From assembly GCA_026416295.1 (NCBI GenBank), contig JAOAFL010000032.1, positions 655-64,654 of the forward strand: DNA of 64,000 bases, in the 5' to 3' direction. The translations under genes were made by a program, and so were the position numbers. This DNA is from Burkholderiales bacterium. Its GTDB lineage: Bacteria > Pseudomonadota > Gammaproteobacteria > Burkholderiales > SG8-39. Below the pieces are notes generated by a model. That model did not search any database and was not told where the DNA came from. It saw only the letters and a list, made by a program, of their open reading frames with translations. Positions 30,501-40,899 of the stretch are shown one piece after another; the first letter of the stretch is position 1; every line of letters starts with the position of its first letter.

Positions 30501-31346
30501 TCAGGCGGCGGCGCGCGCCTCGAGCGCGGCGAGGCGCGCGTGGCGGAACGCGCCCCAGAGCGCCGCGCCGATCGCGCCGGCGTAGATCGAATCGGGGTGG
30601 CTGACCGCCTCCAGGCCGGTGATCTTTTCGTTGACGAGCTCCTCGCGCAGCGCCGCGAGCAGCCCCTCGTCGAGCGCGAGCCCCCCGGTGAGGAGCACCG
30701 TGCCGCGGGTGATGCCGGTCGCCTTGAGCAGTTTCGCGATGCGCGAGGCCATCGAGAGGTGGATGCCTTTCAGGATGTCGGCGGTCGGGATGCCGCGCGA
30801 GACCATGTTGATGACGTCCGTTTCGGCGAGCACCGCGCAGATCGAGCTCACCTTTTCCGGGTTCGTCGAAGTCCGGGAGAGCGGACCGATCTCCTCGACC
30901 GCCACCCCGAGGTAGCGCGCGATGTTCTCGAGGAACTGGCCCGAGCCCGAGGCGCACTGGCTCGTCATCTTGTAGGCGAGCACCTTGCCGCGTTCGTCCA
31001 TGTAGATCGCGCGCCCGTTGAGCGCGCCGATGTCGACCACCGCGCGCGCCGCCGGATTGAGAAAGATGCCGCCGCGCGCGTGCGTGGTCATCGAATAGAA
31101 ATGACCGGTGGCGAACGCCGCGTTCTCGCCTTCGCCGGTGGTCGCGACGTAGGCGACCTGCGCGGGCGCAAGGCCCGCCTCCGCGAGCACCTCGTCGTAG
31201 CCCTGGCGCGCAAGCTCCATCGGATCCCGCCGGCGGATCCGCTCGCAGCGGCGCGCGAGCCACTCGGCCGTGCCGTCTCCGGCGTGCCGGAAGAGCACGG
31301 TCTTCACCGCGCCCGAGCCGATGTCGATGCCGACGGTGTGGATCAT
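30501..31346 (-). CDS. bcrD: benzoyl-CoA reductase subunit D (ATP-binding, BcrAD_BadFG family)
   Basis: 281 aa with the actin-like ATPase motifs [10 protein letters not shown] and [10 protein letters not shown]. An ATGA overlaps the bcrA stop. Confidence 0.88.
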   Translation of the reverse strand: MIHTVGIDIGSGAVKTVLFRHAGDGTAEWLARRCERIRRRDPMELARQGYDEVLAEAGLAPAQVAYVATTGEGENAAFATGHFYSMTTHARGGIFLNPAARAVVDIGALNGRAIYMDERGKVLAYKMTSQCASGSGQFLENIARYLGVAVEEIGPLSRTSTNPEKVSSICAVLAETDVINMVSRGIPTADILKGIHLSMASRIAKLLKATGITRGTVLLTGGLALDEGLLAALREELVNEKITGLEAVSHPDSIYAGAIGAALWGAFRHARLAALEARAAA

Positions 31347-32689
31347 GCCGCCTCCCGCCGCTCAGCGACCCGGCCTTCCTCGCACACCGCGCGCCAGGCG
31401 AAGGTCGCCGCCCCGAGCGCGCCGGTGTAGATCGAGTCGGGGTTGATGTTGATCGTCATCGCGCCGTAGTTCTCGAACACCAGTTCGCGCAGCGCCTTCA
31501 CCGCCGCCTCGTTCTTCGCCACGCCGCCGGTGAACGTGAACTCGTCGCGGATGCCGCCCGAGCGCGCGAGGATCGACATCGCGCGCAGGACGATCGCGCG
31601 GTGCAGCCCCGCCATGATGTCCTCGCGCCGCTCGCCGAGCGCGAGGCGATCGCGCAGCTCGGCGCCCGCGAACACCGTGCAGGTGGAGTTGATGCGGATC
31701 GTCTTGGTCGCCTTCATCGCGAGCGGCCCGAGCTCGTGCAGCCCCATGTTCATCTCGTCGGCGATGTAGCCGAGGTAGCGCCCGCAGCCGGCGGCGCAGC
31801 GGTCGTTCATCTGGAAGCTCTCGACGATGCCGTGCGCGTCGACCTGGATCGCTTTCGTGTCCTGCCCGCCGATGTCGAGCACGGTGCGCGTGCCCGGATA
31901 CATGACGTGCGCACCGAGGCCGTGGCAGAGGATCTCGGAGCGGATATGTTCCTTCGAGAACGGCAGCCGCGCGCGCCCGTAGCCGGTGCCGACGACGTAG
32001 GTCTCCTCGAGCGGGGTCGCGAGCACGTCGCGGATCGGCGCGCGGATCTGATCGGCCCGCGCCGCGGTCCCGGGCAGCGCCGCGAACGTGCGCTCGAGCG
32101 CAGCGAGCAGGTTGCGGCTGATGTTCTCGCCGTAGACGCGGTTCTCGACCGCGAGGATCGAGCGATCGAAGACGTTGAGCAGCAGCTCGTAGCGCAGGCC
32201 GGCGGCCTTCGCGACCTCCTCGGCGACGGCGAGATAGCGGCTGCCGGCGATGTCGCGGAAAAAGTCGCTTTTGCGCCGCGCGCCCGCGGCAAAGAGCGAC
32301 GGGGCCTCCTCGCGCAGCCGGCCGAACGTTTCGGCGAGCGCCGCGCCGACGGCGGTCGCCGCCTCGGCGAAGCGGCCGGTCGCGACGTTTTTTGCGCATT
32401 CGGCCTCGAGGTCGCCGAGCTGCTCGAGGAACTGCTCCAGCCGAAAATCGCGCTCCAGTTGCGCGATGAACGCGTCGAGCGAGGCGCCGAGCGCGCCGCT
32501 TTTTCCGAGCGCGCGGCGAAAGAGCGCGAAGCGCGCCGCGACCAGCGCCTCGTGCTTCGCGACCGCGGCCGCGGTGTCGTAGTTCGAGCGCGAGTTGGTG
32601 ATGCCGCGGCCGAGCACCTCGCGCGATTCGTCGAGCACCACCGCCTTGGTGGTGGTCGATCCGAGGTCGATGCCGATGAAGAGCCGCAC
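31343..32689 (-). CDS. bcrA: benzoyl-CoA reductase subunit A (ATP-binding)
   Basis: 448 aa from GTG 32689. Motifs [21 protein letters not shown] and [10 protein letters not shown] are present. The size fits the 48-kDa alpha subunit. Confidence 0.88.
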   Translation of the reverse strand: MRLFIGIDLGSTTTKAVVLDESREVLGRGITNSRSNYDTAAAVAKHEALVAARFALFRRALGKSGALGASLDAFIAQLERDFRLEQFLEQLGDLEAECAKNVATGRFAEAATAVGAALAETFGRLREEAPSLFAAGARRKSDFFRDIAGSRYLAVAEEVAKAAGLRYELLLNVFDRSILAVENRVYGENISRNLLAALERTFAALPGTAARADQIRAPIRDVLATPLEETYVVGTGYGRARLPFSKEHIRSEILCHGLGAHVMYPGTRTVLDIGGQDTKAIQVDAHGIVESFQMNDRCAAGCGRYLGYIADEMNMGLHELGPLAMKATKTIRINSTCTVFAGAELRDRLALGERREDIMAGLHRAIVLRAMSILARSGGIRDEFTFTGGVAKNEAAVKALRELVFENYGAMTININPDSIYTGALGAATFAWRAVCEEGRVAERREAA

Positions 32690-32691
32690 GG

Positions 32692-34020
32692 TCAGTGCAC
32701 CCCGGCGGCGAGCCGCTTCTGGCGGATCATCTGGAAGTAGCTTTCGAGCCGATTCCTGATGTTCGCCGCGGAGAAGTAGCGCGGGTCGACCAGATCGGAC
32801 TCGATGAAGGCGGCGGGCCTGCCGGTGCGCTTTTCCACCTCGCGCAGGATGAGCAGCTGCCCGGCCGAGAAGCTGTTACAGCTCTTGATCGAGTTGACGA
32901 GCAGACCGTCGGCCCGGTAGTCGTCCATGTAGCGGCAGATCATGTCGATGCGCTGCGCGAAGTTCAGGTTGGTGTAGCAGCCGAGGCAGTACTCGGCGAG
33001 CGATTCGAGCGGCCGCGCCGGATCGTGACGGAAGCCGAAGTCGTAGACGCCTCCCACCTTCGAGTAGGTGGAGGCGACCACCACCGCCCCCTCGTCGTAG
33101 AACATCTTCCAGAAGTCGCGGAAGTGCGTCCAGTTGGGCGGGCCTTCGACCACCAGCCGGTATTTCTCGCCCGGATGATCGCCCTCGGGCGTCAGGGGTC
33201 CCTTGCCCGCGCGCAGCCGCGCCTCGATCTCCGCGCGCAGCACGCGGTAGTACTCGGTCGCCTCGGGGGTGCCGCGGAACGCGGTGAAGATCGGCCCGAT
33301 GTAGTACACCGCGCCGAAATAGCCGTCGATCGGGCTCGGGCGGTGCTTCGCGGTCTGGAGCACCGCCACCAGGTCCTCTTCCGCCTTTTGCGATTCCTTC
33401 AGGTACTCGCGCAGCCGGTCGATGTCGAACTTCACCCCCGAGATGCGTTCGAGGGCGGGAATGACCGTCTCGCGGAGCTGCTTCACCACATAGTCGCGCA
33501 TCGCGGGGCGGATCCGCCCGTCGGCCTGGTAGGGAACGTGCAGCATCACCGTCTCGCCGCCGAACTTGTGGCGGATCAGCTCGAACCACTTCATGAACGT
33601 GAAACAGCCGGTGTAGGAAAGCAGGAGCACGTCGGGCCGCGGCAGCGGCTCGCCGGTCGGCCCCACTTCGCCCTGCAGGAACATGCCGATGTCGGCCTTG
33701 ACGTACGTGCAGACGTCCTCCGACTGGCCGTCGCGCTCGGCCTCCATCACGAGCTTTCCCGAGCGCTTGCGCAGCGCGTTCTGCAGCGCGTTCGTCTCCG
33801 GCAGGCTGCGCGCGAAATCGAAGCACATCAGCAGCTCGTTCAGGTTGCCCGGCACGAACGTCGCCGCGATCTTGCGACCGCGCTCGCGCGCGGTGGCGAG
33901 GTCGTGGTAGTTGCGGTTGATCAGCGCCTTCTGCAGCCACATCGCGTCTTCCTTGACGACGGCCTTCGGCGTCGTCGTCTGCGCGGCGGGCGTCGCGCGG
34001 CTGCCGGCGGGCGTGCTCAT
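32692..34020 (-). CDS. bcrB: benzoyl-CoA reductase subunit B (HgdB/BcrB family)
   Basis: 442 aa from ATG 34020, within the long ORF 32692..35130. It shows the 2-hydroxyacyl-CoA dehydratase D-component pattern ([20 protein letters not shown]). Confidence 0.85.
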   Translation of the reverse strand: MSTPAGSRATPAAQTTTPKAVVKEDAMWLQKALINRNYHDLATARERGRKIAATFVPGNLNELLMCFDFARSLPETNALQNALRKRSGKLVMEAERDGQSEDVCTYVKADIGMFLQGEVGPTGEPLPRPDVLLLSYTGCFTFMKWFELIRHKFGGETVMLHVPYQADGRIRPAMRDYVVKQLRETVIPALERISGVKFDIDRLREYLKESQKAEEDLVAVLQTAKHRPSPIDGYFGAVYYIGPIFTAFRGTPEATEYYRVLRAEIEARLRAGKGPLTPEGDHPGEKYRLVVEGPPNWTHFRDFWKMFYDEGAVVVASTYSKVGGVYDFGFRHDPARPLESLAEYCLGCYTNLNFAQRIDMICRYMDDYRADGLLVNSIKSCNSFSAGQLLILREVEKRTGRPAAFIESDLVDPRYFSAANIRNRLESYFQMIRQKRLAAGVH

Positions 34021-34034
34021 CGGCGGTCTCCTCG

Positions 34035-35201
34035 CTAAGCGGCGGTCCAGAGCTTGATCGAGTCGGCGAAGGTCCCGGCCTGCTCGCGGATCGGGGCCAT
34101 CTGGCCGGTGTTCTCGGCGTACTTGAACGCGGTGTAAGGAATGCCGTGCCGCGCGAGCACGTCCTGCAGCATCGGCCGCTCGAGGAGCGCCGGGTCGCAG
34201 AACGAGGGCGCCGCGAAGATGACGCCTTCGGCGCCGCGGCTCTTCACCTGCGCGAGCAGCGTGCGGCCCTTGTCCTCGCGTTTCTCGTCGTAGCGGGAAG
34301 AGGTCTGCGTCGAGCGGTGCAGGAACGCGCGCGCGAGCGCATCGAGCGGATCGCCGCTTTCGGGCACGTCCTCCACCAGCCAGCGCTGCACGAGCACGAA
34401 GTCGTCGTCGACGATGTAGCAGCCGGCCCGTTCGATCGACTTGATGAGCGCGAGCGGCGGCTGCTCGCAGAAAGCGCCGGTGAGCACCACGCGCGCGTTG
34501 TCGCGCTTCGGGCGCGGCGTCGCCTCCGCGGCGGCGAGGTAGTCGCGCACGAGCCGCGTATGTTCCTCGACCGGCAGCACGCAGCCGGCGCGCAGCACGA
34601 GGTACACCTCGGCGGTGGGCGCCTGCCAGGGGCGCGCGGCGCGGAAAGCGTACAGGTCGCGCACCGCGCGGCGGTTTTCGTTGTACGCCGCGATCGAGCC
34701 GCGCAGGTCGTCGTCGCTCACCGGCCGGCCGGCCAGACGCGCGAGGTCGTCGCGCAGGCTCGCCAGCTCGTGCCGGTAAAAGGCGCCCCCGACCGCGTCG
34801 TCGTAGTTCTGCGGCACGTCGAAGTACTTGACGTACTTGTCCGGAAAGAGGATCTGCCACATGCCCGACAGGTTGCGGATCACGTCGCAGATCGACGGAA
34901 AGAGCATCCCGTCGAGGCAGTCCAGGCGCCGCGTGAGGCCGAGCTCGAGCGTCGAGCGCGGGATGCGGCAGATGTAGCTCTGGTAGTAGGCGTCGCCCTG
35001 GATCACTTCCAGCTGGTCGCCGCCGCCGAAGAGGCCGACCGGGAGCATCCCGGCGGCGTGCACGATCTCGCGCGGCACGTAGATCGGCATGTAGCCGATC
35101 GCTTTCGCGCCCGGGTGCGCGGCCTTCCATTCGCGCACGGCGCGGAACTCGAGGTCCTCGAACAGCGCTTCGCAGCGCGCGACGATATCGGCAAGACGCA
35201 C
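34035..35201 (-). CDS. bcrC: benzoyl-CoA reductase subunit C
   Basis: 388 aa from GTG 35201. It belongs to the same dehydratase-component family (YYQSYICRIPRS, PSFCDPALL). It is the first of the bcrCBAD order. Confidence 0.85.
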   Translation of the reverse strand: MRLADIVARCEALFEDLEFRAVREWKAAHPGAKAIGYMPIYVPREIVHAAGMLPVGLFGGGDQLEVIQGDAYYQSYICRIPRSTLELGLTRRLDCLDGMLFPSICDVIRNLSGMWQILFPDKYVKYFDVPQNYDDAVGGAFYRHELASLRDDLARLAGRPVSDDDLRGSIAAYNENRRAVRDLYAFRAARPWQAPTAEVYLVLRAGCVLPVEEHTRLVRDYLAAAEATPRPKRDNARVVLTGAFCEQPPLALIKSIERAGCYIVDDDFVLVQRWLVEDVPESGDPLDALARAFLHRSTQTSSRYDEKREDKGRTLLAQVKSRGAEGVIFAAPSFCDPALLERPMLQDVLARHGIPYTAFKYAENTGQMAPIREQAGTFADSIKLWTAA

Positions 35202-35205
35202 GGCG

Positions 35206-35976
35206 CTAGCGGTGCCGAAAGCGCGGCGGGCGTTTTTCTAGGAAGGCCTGCAGGCCTTCGACCGCGTCGCGCGTGCGCATCAGGTCTTCGAGATAGAGCG
35301 CTTCCACCTCGTCGAGGCGCGCGCGCGCCAGATCGGCGAACGGCGCGCGCGCGGCGCGCACGGCGAAGCCGAGCGAGCTCGCGCTCTTCGATGCGAGGTG
35401 GCGCTCGAACCAGTCGAGCGCGGCCGCGACCGGGTCCTCGGCGACCGCGGTCGCAAGGCCCCAGGCGAGCGCCGTCTGCGCGTCGATCGTGCGGCCGGAA
35501 AGGAGCAGGTCCTCGGCGCGCGCCTGGCCGATGCGAAGCGGAAGCAGCACCGAGGCGGCCGGCGCGAAGACGCCGAGCTTGATCTCCGGCTGGCCGAGCT
35601 GCGCGTCGGGGGCGAGGAAGACGAGGTGCCCGGCGAGCGCGAATTCCAGCCCCCCGCCGAGGCACTGGCCGCGCACCGCGAACAGGATCGGCCGCGGCCA
35701 CTCGAGCACGCGCGCAAGGAGCGCATGCAGCGCTTCGAGCATCGCCGCGCAGCGCTCGGGCAGGTGCTCTTCGACGCTCGCGCCGTACGAGAAATGCGGT
35801 CCTTCGTGATCGACGAGCGCAGCGAGCAGCCCCGCCGCGCCGGCGTGCTCGGCGAACGCGGCGTCGAGCGCGGCGATCATCTGCCGATCGAGCACGTTCG
35901 CCTTCGGTCGCGCAAGGCGCAGCCGCAGCAGCCGCCCGTCGCGCTCGAGCCAGCTCTTGAGCGGCGCGTCGGTCAT
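35206..35976 (-). CDS. dch: cyclohexa-1,5-diene-1-carbonyl-CoA hydratase (crotonase family)
   Basis: 256 aa with a crotonase fold (GQCLGGGLEFALAGH). Its position between oah and bcrC, and its size, match Thauera Dch. Confidence 0.75.
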   Translation of the reverse strand: MTDAPLKSWLERDGRLLRLRLARPKANVLDRQMIAALDAAFAEHAGAAGLLAALVDHEGPHFSYGASVEEHLPERCAAMLEALHALLARVLEWPRPILFAVRGQCLGGGLEFALAGHLVFLAPDAQLGQPEIKLGVFAPAASVLLPLRIGQARAEDLLLSGRTIDAQTALAWGLATAVAEDPVAAALDWFERHLASKSASSLGFAVRAARAPFADLARARLDEVEALYLEDLMRTRDAVEGLQAFLEKRPPRFRHR

Positions 35977-37100
35977 CTGCGCTTCGATTTGGGCTGGATC
36001 TCGTCGGCGAGCGGCCCGACCCAGGAGGCGCCTTCGGCGAGCCGCTGCCTGAGCAGCACGAAATCCACCTCGCGGTCGTCCTTTGCGCCCTCGTTGAACG
36101 CGGTGAAGCCGGCGCGCGCCTCGGTCATCATGTTGAGTGAAAGCCAGGCGCGCGCGTCCTCCTTGTTGCGGTTCCACGCCTCGAGCTTCGGCTTTCTCAG
36201 CTCTTCGAGCGTCTTCGTCGTGCAGTCGGGAAAGGTGAGCAGCATCTTCGCGCACAGCTCCTCGACCTTCGCGTCGAGGAGCGCAAGGTCCACCGTGCCG
36301 CGCGCAAGGAGCGCTTTTCCTTCCTCGAGCGCGGGGCCGGTCTTCGGCTTTCCGAACACGATCCGTCCCGTCTCGTCCACCACGCGCGAGGTCTCGACGA
36401 GCGGATTGGGGACGAATTTTCCGTCCACCTTGAGCGCGGGCACGATGTCGGTGAGCAGCCCCATCCAGTACGCCTCGTGCGCCGAGAACGGCTCGCAGAG
36501 CACGCAGGCGGCCATCGCGCGCTCGGCGCCGACGATCACCGGCAAAAAGTCGGTCGCCCCGCCGATCGGCGCCGAGCCGTGCTTCGGGCCCGCCTGGCCG
36601 AAGCGGGCGAGGTCCTGCGCGACCGAGAAATCGCACGCCATGCCGATTTCCTGCCCGCCGGCGATCCGCATGCCGTTGACGCGGCAGATCACCGGCTTGT
36701 CGCAGCCGAGGATCGAAGACACCATGTCGTTGAAGAGCCGCATGTACTGGCGGTATTCGAGCGGCCGGCCGGCGTAGTACTCGGCGTACTCCTTGGTGTT
36801 TCCGCCGGTGCAGAACGCCTTGTCGCCCACCCCGGTGAATACGACGCAGTTGACGTCGCGCGCGTTCGAGGCCGCGCGAAAGGCGGCGATCACGCCTTTC
36901 ACCATCTCGGTGGTGTAGGAGTTGTACTGCGCCGGGTTGTCGAGCCAGATCCAGGCGTTGTAGAGCCCGGCGGCCGGCTTGCCGTCCGGCGTCTTCGCCG
37001 GGCGCTTCTCGTAGCGTACGCCCGGCACGACGATCTCGGCGAGGTTGTGGTCCTTCAGCACCCGCGCGCCCGGGCGCGCGGCGACGGGCATGGCGGTCAT
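35973..37100 (-). CDS. oah: 6-oxocyclohex-1-ene-1-carbonyl-CoA hydrolase (ring-cleaving, BamA/Oah)
   Basis: 375 aa from ATG 37100, with AAGGAGGAG upstream. It is a long crotonase-family protein (FCTGGNTKEY, RIAGGQEIGMACDF). An ATGA overlaps the dch start. Confidence 0.8.
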   Translation of the reverse strand: MTAMPVAARPGARVLKDHNLAEIVVPGVRYEKRPAKTPDGKPAAGLYNAWIWLDNPAQYNSYTTEMVKGVIAAFRAASNARDVNCVVFTGVGDKAFCTGGNTKEYAEYYAGRPLEYRQYMRLFNDMVSSILGCDKPVICRVNGMRIAGGQEIGMACDFSVAQDLARFGQAGPKHGSAPIGGATDFLPVIVGAERAMAACVLCEPFSAHEAYWMGLLTDIVPALKVDGKFVPNPLVETSRVVDETGRIVFGKPKTGPALEEGKALLARGTVDLALLDAKVEELCAKMLLTFPDCTTKTLEELRKPKLEAWNRNKEDARAWLSLNMMTEARAGFTAFNEGAKDDREVDFVLLRQRLAEGASWVGPLADEIQPKSKRR

Positions 37101-37295
37101 CGCGACTCCTCCTTGCGGCCGGCCGAAAACGGCATTCCAGAACTGCAATACCGACGTTATCGGGCGCGACAGCGTTCGCACCGCGCGAGCGCCGTCGCAC
37201 CCGCAACGCGAAGGTTCGACCCGATCGGTCCGGTCCGGTTTGATCTAGCGCAAGGAAACCGCGCGCGTTTGCGGCACAGTCGGGCGCCACGAGCG

Positions 37296-39017
37296 ATGTC
37301 CAGCCCGCTTGCCAGCGTTTCGGTCGCGCTCGCCGGCTCCGGCGGCGCCGGCGTGATGACCGCCGGAAATATGTTGCTGGAAGCGCTTGCGCGCGCCGGC
37401 TACTACGGACTGATGACGCGCTCGAGCGGCCCGCAGATCCGCGGCGGCGAATCGGTCGCGATGGTGCGCGCGGCGACGTTTCCCGCCGACGGCCCGGACG
37501 ACCGCTTTCACGTACTCGTCGCGATCGACTGGCAGAACGTCGTGCGGTTCGCGGACGAGATCCCGCTCGGTCCCGAGAGCCTGATCGTGGGCGACCCGGC
37601 GCAGGGCGAGCCGCCGGAGCATTTCGCGCGATGCGGCGCGCGCTTTGCCTCGGTGCCGTTCAAGGCGATCGCGAAGGCGATCGCCGGCGGCTGGCCGAAC
37701 ATGGTGGCGCTCGGGCTGCTCGGCGGCCTGATGGGGCTTGCGCGAGAAGCGCTCGAGGCGGCGGTGGCGAGGGCGAGCCGCAAAGGGGGCGAGGCGAGCG
37801 AGGCGAACCTTGCGGCGCTGCGCGCCGGGCTCGCCGAGGCGGCGAAGCTCGGGGCGGCGTTTGCGCTCGCTGCGCCGCCTGCGCGCACGCCGCGCTGGCT
37901 CGTCACCGGAAACGAAGCCGCCGGCTACGGCGCGCTCGCCGGCGGCGTGCGCTTTGTCGCCGCGTATCCGATCACGCCGGCGACCGAACTGCTCGAGTGG
38001 ATGGCCCCGGCGCTCGCCCGGCTGGGCGGCACGCTCGTTCAGGCCGAGGACGAACTCGCCTCGATCAACATGATCCTCGGCGCCTCCTACGGCGGGGTGC
38101 CGGCGCTCACCGCGACCTCCGGCCCGGGCCTAGCCCTGATGACCGAGGCGCTCGGGCTGGGAGTGGCGGCCGAGATCCCGATCGTCGTCGTGGACGTGAT
38201 GCGCACCGGCCCGTCGACCGGCATCGCCACCAAGACCGAGCAGGCCGACCTCAACATCGCGCTCTACGGCCTGCACGGCGACGCACCGCACGTGGTGGTC
38301 GCGCCGAACTCGCTCGCCGACTGCTGCGCGGCGACGCAGTGGGCGGTGGAGCTCGCCGAGGCGCTCCAGGTGCCGGCGATCGTGCTCTCCGACCAGTACT
38401 TCGGCCAGGCGCGCGGCGTCGTCGAGCGGCCGGTGGTGCGCGAAAGCGCGCCGCGCCGGCTCACCGCGCAGCCGGACGGCGCGGCCTACCGGCGCTATGC
38501 GCTCACGCCCTCGGGCGTCTCGCCGATGGCGATTCCGGGAACGCCCGGGCTCGCGTACACCGCGGACGGCCTGGAACACAACGAACGCGGCACGCCGTCG
38601 TCGCAGCCCGCCGACCACCTCGCGCAGCTCGAAAAGCGCGCGCGAAAGCTGGAGGCGTTCGACTGCGGCGAGCGCTGGGCGAGCGTCGAGGGCGAGGGCG
38701 AGATCGCGGTGCTCACGTTCGGCTCGCCGACGGCGGCCGCGCGCGAAGCGGTCGTGCGCGCCGCGGCCGACGGCGTGCGCGCGCGGCTGGTGTCGGTCCG
38801 GCTGCTGTCTCCGGCGCAGCCGGCGCGCCTTGCGCAGGCGCTCGCGGGCGTCGAGCGCGTGCTCGTCGTCGAGCAGAACCACAGCGGGCAGTTCCTGCGC
38901 TATCTGCGCTCGGTCTGCGCGCTGCCGCGCGAGGTGGCGAGCCTGCGCCGCCCCGGGCCGCTGCCGTTCCGTCCGGGCGAGATCCATCGGCGCCTCGTCG
39001 AATGGAGCCGCGCATGA
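37296..39017 (+). CDS. korA: 2-oxoglutarate:ferredoxin oxidoreductase, alpha (fused gamma-alpha) subunit
   Basis: 573 aa from ATG 37296. It has an N-terminal POR gamma-like part, then GNEAAGYGALAGGVRFVAAYPITPATE. It is divergent from the bcr operon, as in Thauera. Confidence 0.85.
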   Translation: MSSPLASVSVALAGSGGAGVMTAGNMLLEALARAGYYGLMTRSSGPQIRGGESVAMVRAATFPADGPDDRFHVLVAIDWQNVVRFADEIPLGPESLIVGDPAQGEPPEHFARCGARFASVPFKAIAKAIAGGWPNMVALGLLGGLMGLAREALEAAVARASRKGGEASEANLAALRAGLAEAAKLGAAFALAAPPARTPRWLVTGNEAAGYGALAGGVRFVAAYPITPATELLEWMAPALARLGGTLVQAEDELASINMILGASYGGVPALTATSGPGLALMTEALGLGVAAEIPIVVVDVMRTGPSTGIATKTEQADLNIALYGLHGDAPHVVVAPNSLADCCAATQWAVELAEALQVPAIVLSDQYFGQARGVVERPVVRESAPRRLTAQPDGAAYRRYALTPSGVSPMAIPGTPGLAYTADGLEHNERGTPSSQPADHLAQLEKRARKLEAFDCGERWASVEGEGEIAVLTFGSPTAAAREAVVRAAADGVRARLVSVRLLSPAQPARLAQALAGVERVLVVEQNHSGQFLRYLRSVCALPREVASLRRPGPLPFRPGEIHRRLVEWSRA

Positions 39018-39841
39018 ACGCGCCGGATACCGGGCTCGCACCGCAGAGCTTCAAGTCCGACATCAAGCCGGTCTGGTGCCCGGGCTGCGGCGACTTCAGC
39101 GTGCTCGCCGCGATCACCCGGGCGCTCGCGATGCTCGGTCTGCGGCCGGAGGAGGTCGCGATCGTCTCCGGGATCGGCTGCTCGTCGCGCATTCCGGCCT
39201 ACACCACCTGCTACGGTTTTCACGGCGTGCACGGGCGGGCATTGCCGGCCGCCACGGGCCTCAAGATCGCGCGGCCGGAACTGACGGTGATCGTCGCTGG
39301 CGGCGACGGCGACGGCTATTCGATCGGCGGCAATCACTTCCTGCACGCTTGCCGGCGAAACGTGGACCTCACCTACCTCGTGATGGACAACCACGTCTAC
39401 GGCATGACGAAGGGGCAGCCGTCGCCGACGACCGAACCTGGATGGTCCTCGAAGCTCGCGCCCGGCGGCACCGGCGTGCGCGAATTCCATCCGCTCGTCG
39501 TCGCGCTCGCCTCCGGCGCGAACTTCATCGCGCGCGGGTTTTCGGGCGACCCGAACGGCTGCGCGCGGCTGATCGCCGAGGCGGTGCGCCACCCGGGCTT
39601 CTCCTTCGTCGAGATCCTTTCGCCGTGCGTCACGTTCCGGCCCGACCAGCGCGCATGGAAAGACCTCGTGCGTCCGGCGCCGGTCGAGCCGACCGACGAT
39701 CCGGCGCGCGCGGCGCGGCGGCTGATGACCGACGACGGCTTCAACCTCGGGATTCTCTACAAGGGCAGGCGCGCGCCGTACGCGCCGGCGCGCGAGCCGC
39801 GCACCGCGCTCGCCGAGCTGGCGAAGGAGTTCGCGCTGTGA
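39014..39841 (+). CDS. korB: 2-oxoglutarate:ferredoxin oxidoreductase, beta (TPP-binding) subunit
   Basis: 275 aa with an ATGA overlap. Motifs WCPGCGDF and GGDGDGYSIGGNHF are present. Confidence 0.88.
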   Translation: MNAPDTGLAPQSFKSDIKPVWCPGCGDFSVLAAITRALAMLGLRPEEVAIVSGIGCSSRIPAYTTCYGFHGVHGRALPAATGLKIARPELTVIVAGGDGDGYSIGGNHFLHACRRNVDLTYLVMDNHVYGMTKGQPSPTTEPGWSSKLAPGGTGVREFHPLVVALASGANFIARGFSGDPNGCARLIAEAVRHPGFSFVEILSPCVTFRPDQRAWKDLVRPAPVEPTDDPARAARRLMTDDGFNLGILYKGRRAPYAPAREPRTALAELAKEFAL

Positions 39842-39957
39842 CGCGCAGGAACCGCAAGGCGAAGCCTGCGGCGCGCGCGCCCGAGCGGCCCGCGGCGAAG
39901 CGGGCGGCACGCGCGCCGACGCGCCGGCGGCCGGCGAGCAAGGCGAGCGAGGAATTC

Positions 39958-40440
39958 ATGGCGCGCGCCTACGCGATGGAGATCGACGCCGCCGAGCGCT
40001 ACGGCGAGTTCGCCGACCAGATGGAAGTGCACAACAACCCCGAGGTGGCGAAGCTCTTCCGGCAACTGGCCGAAATCGAAGGCCGGCACGCGAAGCAGAT
40101 CCTCGAGGAGATGAACTGGCCGCAGATGCCGCCGCCGGTGTACGCGCTCGAGTGGCGCACGCCCGAGCCGCCGGAGACCGCGCCGGTGACCGAGCTCCAC
40201 TACCGCATGCGACCGTGGCATGCGCTCGCGATCGCACTGAGGAACGAGGAGCGCGCCGAGCGCTTCTTCGCCGGCGTCGCGCGTTCGCCGAAGACCCCGC
40301 GCGAGGTGCGCAAGCTCGCCGCCGAGATGGCCGAGGAGGAGCGCGAGCACCAGCGACTCATCCGCGAATGGATGGCGCGCCTGCCGCAGCCGGCGCCGGA
40401 CTGGAGCCGCGACCCGGACCCGCCTGCGCTCGGCGACTGA
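39958..40440 (+). CDS. ferritin-like / rubrerythrin-type diiron protein
   Basis: 160 aa from ATG 39958, with GAGG 8 nt upstream. It has two E-x-x-H motifs (EIEGRH, EEREH). An upstream GTG at 39838 would add only a Lys/Arg/Ala-rich tail. Confidence 0.65.
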   Translation: MARAYAMEIDAAERYGEFADQMEVHNNPEVAKLFRQLAEIEGRHAKQILEEMNWPQMPPPVYALEWRTPEPPETAPVTELHYRMRPWHALAIALRNEERAERFFAGVARSPKTPREVRKLAAEMAEEEREHQRLIREWMARLPQPAPDWSRDPDPPALGD

Positions 40441-40452
40441 CGGCTCGCCCGG

Positions 40453-40899
40453 TCAGCGACAGACGAGCACCGGCAGCCTCGAGTGCACGAGCACCTTCTG
40501 CGTTTCGCTGCCGAGGAGCACGCCCGCGATGCCGCGACGGCCGTGCGAGGCCATCACGATCAGGTCGCAGCGCCGCGCGCGCGCGGTGCGCAGGATGTCC
40601 TTCCACGGCTCGCCGCCGGTCACCGCGCGCGCCTCGGCGCGCACGCCCGCCGCGCGCGCGATGCGCGCGAAATCGCGCAGCCCCGCCTCGGCCGCGCGCG
40701 CGATCGCGCGCCGGTAGCCGGGCAGCGCGGCGAGCGCCGCGCCCCGCGCCGGCTCGAAGTACGGCGCGACGACGTGCAAGCCCGTGAGCTTTGCGCCGCA
40801 GACCTTCGCGAGCCGCGCGGCGAGCCGCACCGCGCGGCGCGACAGCGCCGAGCCGTCGGTCGCGACCAGGATGTGCCGCGGCGCCCCGCGCGTTCGCAT
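40453..40899 (-). CDS. universal stress protein (UspA family)
   Basis: 148 aa with ILVATDGS and CDLIVMASHGRRG..LGSETQKVLVHSRLPVLVCR. Its ATG overlaps the stop of the upstream usp gene (ATGA). Confidence 0.85.
   Translation of the reverse strand: MRTRGAPRHILVATDGSALSRRAVRLAARLAKVCGAKLTGLHVVAPYFEPARGAALAALPGYRRAIARAAEAGLRDFARIARAAGVRAEARAVTGGEPWKDILRTARARRCDLIVMASHGRRGIAGVLLGSETQKVLVHSRLPVLVCR

Noticed and set aside
37240-37253. FNR-like sequence TTGATCTAGCGCAA in the oah/korA divergent region
   Set aside because: The right half-site has two mismatches, and the spacing to korA (49.5 nt) fits no standard class. It is too weak to call.
39838-39957. Upstream GTG start for the ferritin-like gene, overlapping the korB stop
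   Set aside because: It would add a 40-aa Lys/Arg/Ala/Pro-rich tail with no counterpart in ferritin-like proteins. ATG 39958 has a properly spaced GAGG. It cannot be fully excluded.
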